Source: Cyanophora paradoxa CCMP329
Taxonomy: Eukaryota; Plantae; Glaucophyta
NCBI GenBank assembly: GCA_004431415.1
Contig: QPMI01000453.1
Location: 186,001-250,000, forward strand
Direction of reading: 5' to 3'
Length of the DNA: 64,000 nucleotides
Of this stretch, positions 58,393 to 64,000 are shown piece after piece. The notes under the pieces are model-generated. The model made no database searches. It saw only the letters and a program-made list of their open reading frames with translations, and was not told the origin of the DNA. The translations under genes and the position numbers were made by a program. Position 1 is the stretch's first letter, and each line of letters begins with the position of its first letter.

Positions 58393-61300
58393 ATGGCTTC
58401 CATAGTCCGCGGCATGCAGCCCCGGATGCGTGCGACCTGCCTGCTGGTTGCGATCGCCTGCTCCGTCCTGCTGGCCGCCGCCGCCTCGCCCGACGCCGAC
58501 TCCCGTGGTGCGAATCGCGCGCGCTCCCCCGCCCCGCCCCGCCCGCGGCCGCGCGCATCGGTAGGCGCACATCAGTGGCCATTAGGATTGCATACAGACA
58601 AACTAGTGCTCAAGACGAAGCCAGACCGGCCACACGCCCGCAGCATACAGCCAGCAGGCCGCCCCGCGCGCGGCCGCTCCGGGGATCGGCGCTGCAGCCG
58701 TTACATGCAGCGTTAACTTTAACCTTGCCATATATATAGATGGTCTATGACCCGGCCTAGAAAGATGATGACTTGGGCCAGTGCAGCGGCCCGCGCGCGA
58801 GCCGCGGCCGCGCCGGTTGGGTCGCGGCTGTGAACACATTGAGCCGAGGATCTGACGCATGGCCCGCGGCCGCTTTCCTGCCGCAGAGAAGCACCACGGT
58901 GCCGCGTCTCGCGCCTCCTCTCACGAAGGTCCGCCTCTGCGCGTTTCAAACCGCGCCCGCGCCGGCGCCGCAACTCTGCACAGCTGACAGGGCGTGCGCG
59001 CGCGCGGCGCAGGGACGGCGCCCGCGCAACCGGCGAACGAGGATCTTCTCCGAGAGCTGAGGGAGCTTCGAGGCCGGCTTGATAGACTCGAGTCGAAGCC
59101 CTCGGCCCGCGAAGGGGGCGAAGGCGCGCCGCACGCGAACCCGCAGCGGCCCCCCAAGTCCAAGGATGACGGTGCACATGCCGGTGACGTTCTACTTGCC
59201 CCGCGATGTCACCGTGGGCGTCCCTCTGACCCGATGCTCGCGATCGACCGCAGACGAGGCGGCGCAGCGGCAGGCGCTCGAGCGCGCGAAGGCGGACAAG
59301 GCGCGGCGCGAGGAGGTCGAGCGGCTGCGGGCGGCGCAGGAGGGCCACTACATCGTCGGCCTGAAGGACGGGGCGACGGAGGAGCACGCCGAGGCGGTCC
59401 GCGGGCACGCGCGGGCGGCCGCCCGGCGGCACCACGGCGCCGCGCACGAGGAGCGCGTCTTCTTCCGCCGCTCCTTCTCACGCGCCCTCCGCGGCTTCTC
59501 CGCCCGGTGCGCTCCTCTCCGTCCCCTTCCGCGGGCTCTCCGCTCCCGCCCCTCCCGCCTCCTTCAACACCCATCCTCCTCGCCTTCCCCCCCGCCCCCC
59601 CCCCCCCCCCCCCCCCCCCCTCCCCTCCGCCTCCCGGAGGGCTGAAGCCGCTCACCTGGCCGCCCCGGTCTCGTCCCCCTCGACCGTCCCGCGCCGCCCC
59701 CCCCCTCCCCAGCCTGTCCTCGACTTGCCTGCCCCTCTACCTGTGATCTCGCCCTCCCTACCCCCTCCTCCTGACTTGTCTTTCCCTTTCCCTTGTCCTG
59801 ACTTCCGGTCGTGACTTCTCTCACCCTTTCCCTCCCACCCTTTTCCTCTACCCTCTGCTCCTGACTGCGCCCCCTTCTCATCTTCATCTTCACGCACCCT
59901 CACCTTCAAATTCCCCTTTTCTTCGAATTCCCTCCCCTAGGGCCTTCCATCTCGCTTCCCTTGCCACTGTTTCGCCCCTCCTCCCCCCGCAACCCCCCTC
60001 CCCACCCCCACCTTCGCCTCTGCGCTCGTCCCCTTGACCCCCCCCCCAGGCTGTCGCCGGAGGTGAAGGCAGAGCTGGAGGCGCACGAGCGCGTCAAGTT
60101 CGTCGCCCCCGACGGCGTGCGTCGCCCGCCGAGATCTAATCTAAGCCGAGATCTAATCTAAGCTGTTCACGCACGCAGGTCGTGGAGCCCGCACAGATGT
60201 CAGGGCCAGAGGGTGGAGGGTTCGCGATCCGGACCGACGTGCCGACGACGGACTTCACCGTCGGCCGGATCATCGATCATACTTTCTACTATGGATTGGC
60301 CTATGCCCCTATTTACGCTGCCCGCCCCTCGACGCCCTGGGCGAACGTGGGTGCCAACGTTAACGTAACCACGAGCTCGGACGACTATCAAAAGTTCATA
60401 CCTGGAGTCAACCCCGAGTCTACCCCCTGGCACCTCGACAGGCGAGTCCCCACGAATCCGTGATGCTATGGTCAAGAAGACATGTGCATCGCAGGCTGGA
60501 CCAGACGACGGGCGGGATGACTCTGGACGGGCGCTTTGACCGCGGCGCGGCCAACGGCGCTGGCGTGGACATTTACGTGATTGACACGGGCGTGCGGGCC
60601 AATCACCCGCAGCTCGAGGGTCGCGTGGTCCGTCCTCCCAAGGCCTCGCAACTCTCTGAGAAGATTCGATTCCATTGCACAGGTACCACTGCACGACGTG
60701 GATTCCGTCAATTTTGCGAACGACTGCTCCGAAAGCCTCCACGGCACTGCCGTCGCTTCAGTGCGCGCGCTCGTTTACTGACACGCTCGCTATATGTGTC
60801 ATTCATGATTCTCACAAGCTCGCGTCCGCATCGTCAGGTCGCCGCAGGATCGACCGTCGGCGCGGCGCCCAACGCCAGCATTTTCTCACTAAAGGTCTTC
60901 GAGAGGAAGGAGCGCTCGAATGCAGACAGCGCCTGCGCCGCAGCGACGACGGACAGCCTGGTCATCGCCGGCATCGACGCTGCAATTGCCAAGATTCAAG
61001 AGCGCAGCGCCACCGGCAACAAGGCTGTCGTCCTCATCGCCCTCTCATCCACCGTCGTGTCCTCCGGCACCCTCCTGAAGGTTCGAGAAATTCTTTTTGA
61101 AAGCATCTCGAAATTCTGATCGATCTTCATCGATTGAAGGTCAACCCGGCGTACACGGATGCGTTCGCTCGCCTCCGCGCGGTGGACGCTCTCCCTGTGA
61201 CGGTGCTTGCAATTGGAATTCTGCGCCGTCGGCGGCCCACACCCCGCCGACCGCGCTAACGTCGACTGTTCCCGTGTACAGGCCGCGGGGAACCAGTACG

Positions 61301-64000
61301 CGGACGCGTGCGACGCGACGCCCGGCAACTCGCCCGGGGCCATCAACGTCGGCGCCAGCGACCAGGACGACTACCGCGCCGGCTTCTCCAACTGGGGCAG
61401 GTCCGCGTTCCCCTCAACGTAAGCGCCCGCAACCATAAAATTTCGGCAGTTGTGTGGACATACTTGCTCCGGGCCAGAACATTCGGGCAGCAGCCATAAT
61501 GCCAATGAGGATTGACAACTACCGTCAGGAACTCAGAACCTATTTTCAAGGAAATGAACGTGTTGACCTGACGTATCTCTGGAATCCCATGGAGGTAAGC
61601 CTCGCAATCGTGCACGGGACGTCCTACGCCGCGGCCCTCGTCGCGGGCACGGCCGCGCTCTACCGCAGCGCCAACCCTTCCACGACCGTGTCGGTACGCT
61701 CGGAGCGCGCGCACTGTAGGCAACAGAGCGATGCACAGAACTGATGGCACGTTCCGGATGCGCAGGCTGTCGAGACCGCACTCCTGGGTGCTTCTCTGTC
61801 GGCCATCGATCCGGTTGGCCTCAAGGGGGGCCAAAACAGACTTCTCAACACACAGGGCCTCAACCTCCCGGGTGCACACGCTGATTAGGTTTTGCATTAG
61901 AAATCCCTTGACGGGATTTGTTCATTTACATATGCCCAGGCGCTGCGAACGTCGTGGGGCCTCCGGCGTACAACTCGACGCTCTTCCACGGGGCGACGGA
62001 GCCCTGCAGCTCCTCTGTGAAGTCACTCGTCGGCTTGCCCAAGGATCTCCACCGCCACCGGTTCTCCCCCTCCTACACGATGTGGTCGTCCAGCTGTGCT
62101 TACGTGACGGCACCATTATGTCCGATTCTCGACATTGGCACCGCTCCCGAAGCGAGGAGCGGCGTGTACCTCACGCGCGTCCGCATCGAGGAGGAACGGT
62201 GAGAACCTGTTAAATGTTGTCGATCGCTCGCCATAGCTCACTGCCTGATTGCAATCGATAGACGCTGGCACCACAACATCTTCAACATATACAATTACAC
62301 GGACATCACTCAACCCGAAATTTTCGTGTTCGCTGGAAATCCCGCCATGCCCTCATACCAAAAGGTATCATACGGCCCTTACGAATGGAGACGTGCGCAT
62401 TTTCGTCGGTTGTGCATCTCCGCGGGACTTCATGCTTTATTGTCCCCCCGCAGCGTCGCTCGACTGGAGCGATGAGAAGGGGCTCTACTGGGTCCTCCCG
62501 GGCACCTACTATGTGCTCGTCCAGGTCTAGATCTGCAGCTGGCTCTCAGTCGCTCTTCTGACGCTGTTTTGCGTTACTTACACCATGTTGCTCGTTTTCA
62601 CTCGCGCAGAGTGCTCCTGTCTATAGAGACGAGCTGCAGCTCTGGTCCGTAGGTCGTGGTCGCGAAGGCATGTTCCGCCTCGACGTACTCGATAACACGT
62701 GCGCAATTTCGTATTTAAATTCGCATTTCACCCACTTCAAGGTATGCTAAACGCGTGTTCATGAGCGTGTTTGCAGGTGTCCGCCGTCGAATCCCGTCAC
62801 GCTGCAGTCCGACGGCACGTGCCAGTACGCAGACTTTCCCATCTGCGGAAGGCAAACGCTCGTCTCAACACCAGAGAACTCTGTCGGCCTAAACCAGTCC
62901 GTTCTCTTTGCCAAGGGCGGATTTAGTGCCTTCGTGCCGTATCCAGGGCAGGCGATCCGTGACCTGGTCCTGCGGGTCAACGTCCCGCTGTCTGGAGCAA
63001 TGTACATTCCTTGCGCGTTCCATCAAGTGCAAGATGTGTCGACGCATGTTTTCATCCTCGACAACTGTCCCTCGTCACCTCAAGCGCACGTGCTTGCCGG
63101 TTTGTGGGTGTCATCGCCCGGGGCGGCCAATCTATCTTTGTATCTGCAACTGATGGCGACCACAGGACAACAATGCGAATATTATGGCAGCGGTGTGGGG
63201 CTTAACGGTCCGAAGAAGCTGCTTCCCGGCACCTACTATGCCGTCTACCTCATGCGTTCCTGGAATTCAAACGCCGCATCCCGCACGTACTACAATAGAT
63301 TTGCCTTGTCCTACAGCTTCGGGGCGCCTCAAGAAGCCGGGTCGTACTGCCTGCGTGGAATCAGCCCGCCTGCTAGTGCGCTTCAATTCGGGTTACACGT
63401 ATATGCGTATAAACGGATGCGAACCCTGATATTCTGCGTTCATGATCAGGCCCCTCGTGCAACGCGGCCGTGGGAGCCGCGCCGCTCCCGTACTGCGGCT
63501 CTCGCCGCTCCTCGCTGCTGGGCCTGCCGAGCGTCTTCGGCAACGCCGGGAGCACGGCCGTCTTTGAGCTCACGGACCTCGGCTTCTCGCGGTGCTATCT
63601 AATCCTCCTTCATTCAATACCCACCCGCAATATATATATATATATTAATCTCCCGCTCAATTTCCTGCTTATGACCGGATCTCCGGACCGGATCCTATAT
63701 ATACGTATACATACAGAGTTAACAATAATCATCCATTTAATATCAGTACTAGTATCCTTATTTATAGCTTTGCTATCTTACCTCCCCCGCGCTTACTCGA
63801 AGCGCCTGCAATCCTCAGAGTGGGCACATACGTGAGCATCTGTTCGCCCGAGCTCGACTTCGTCCCCACGCTCTACATCTACCTCGGCTGCCCGGGCAGC
63901 CAAGGCGCCGAGCGCCTCTACCAGGGTGACCTCTAGATCTGATGTTCCCTCTAGATCTAGATCTTTGACTGCAACTTGACGTGTCCGCGGCCGCCGCAGT
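58393..64000 (+). CDS. Secreted subtilisin-like serine protease (S8, proteinase-K-like) with I9 prodomain and long C-terminal extension; 3' end outside window
   Basis: Signal peptide MASIVRG..CLLVAIACSVLLAAAA; I9 GHYIVGLKDG..RGFSAR|LSPE..VKFVAPD; PWHLDR|LDQ. Triad GVDIYVIDTG, HGTAVAS, GTSYAAALVAG; oxyanion-hole AAGN; FSNWG|SCVDILAPG. Confidence 0.9.

Noticed and set aside
1-64000. tRNA/rRNA genes and organism assignment
   Set aside because: No cloverleaf or rRNA signatures were recognised by eye. Intron style and GC content indicate a eukaryotic microbe, but the species cannot be established without a search.

Overview
GC-rich, intron-dense eukaryotic (protist/alga-like) genomic DNA with short GT-AG introns, often GTGCGC...GCAG. 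Most ORF-track entries are exon fragments or antisense artefacts, so I rebuilt the genes by hand-splicing. Left to right: (1) the 3' part of a spliced gene with a sigma-70 region-4-like HTH; (2) palindrome-rich intergenic DNA with a hAT-type MITE; (3) a putative Ig-fold transcription factor gene; (4) a ~34 kb X-N-X-N-X tandem amplification. N is an NLR-like TIR-TIR-NACHT-pentapeptide-WD40 gene (copies A and B) and X is the 3' part of a neighbouring CPA2/RCK cation:H+ antiporter gene; (5) the intact antiporter; (6) a TPR/coiled-coil/RING-H2 gene; (7) a secreted subtilase running off the window. The most striking system is the NLR sensor domain. Every WD40 repeat is its own phase-0 exon (126 nt; one is 120 nt) inside a ~355-bp exon+intron tandem unit, with 14 units in A and 9 in B. 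Scaffold codons and introns are nearly identical, a handful of propeller-surface codons are hypervariable, and half-repeats are reassorted, which suggests an exon-cassette diversifying immune receptor. A second pervasive signal is a mutational footprint: 6-bp insertions of the form XYZ-revcomp(XYZ)-XYZ, visible when paralogous copies are compared. Gene starts and some splice sites are approximate, and no database searches were possible.
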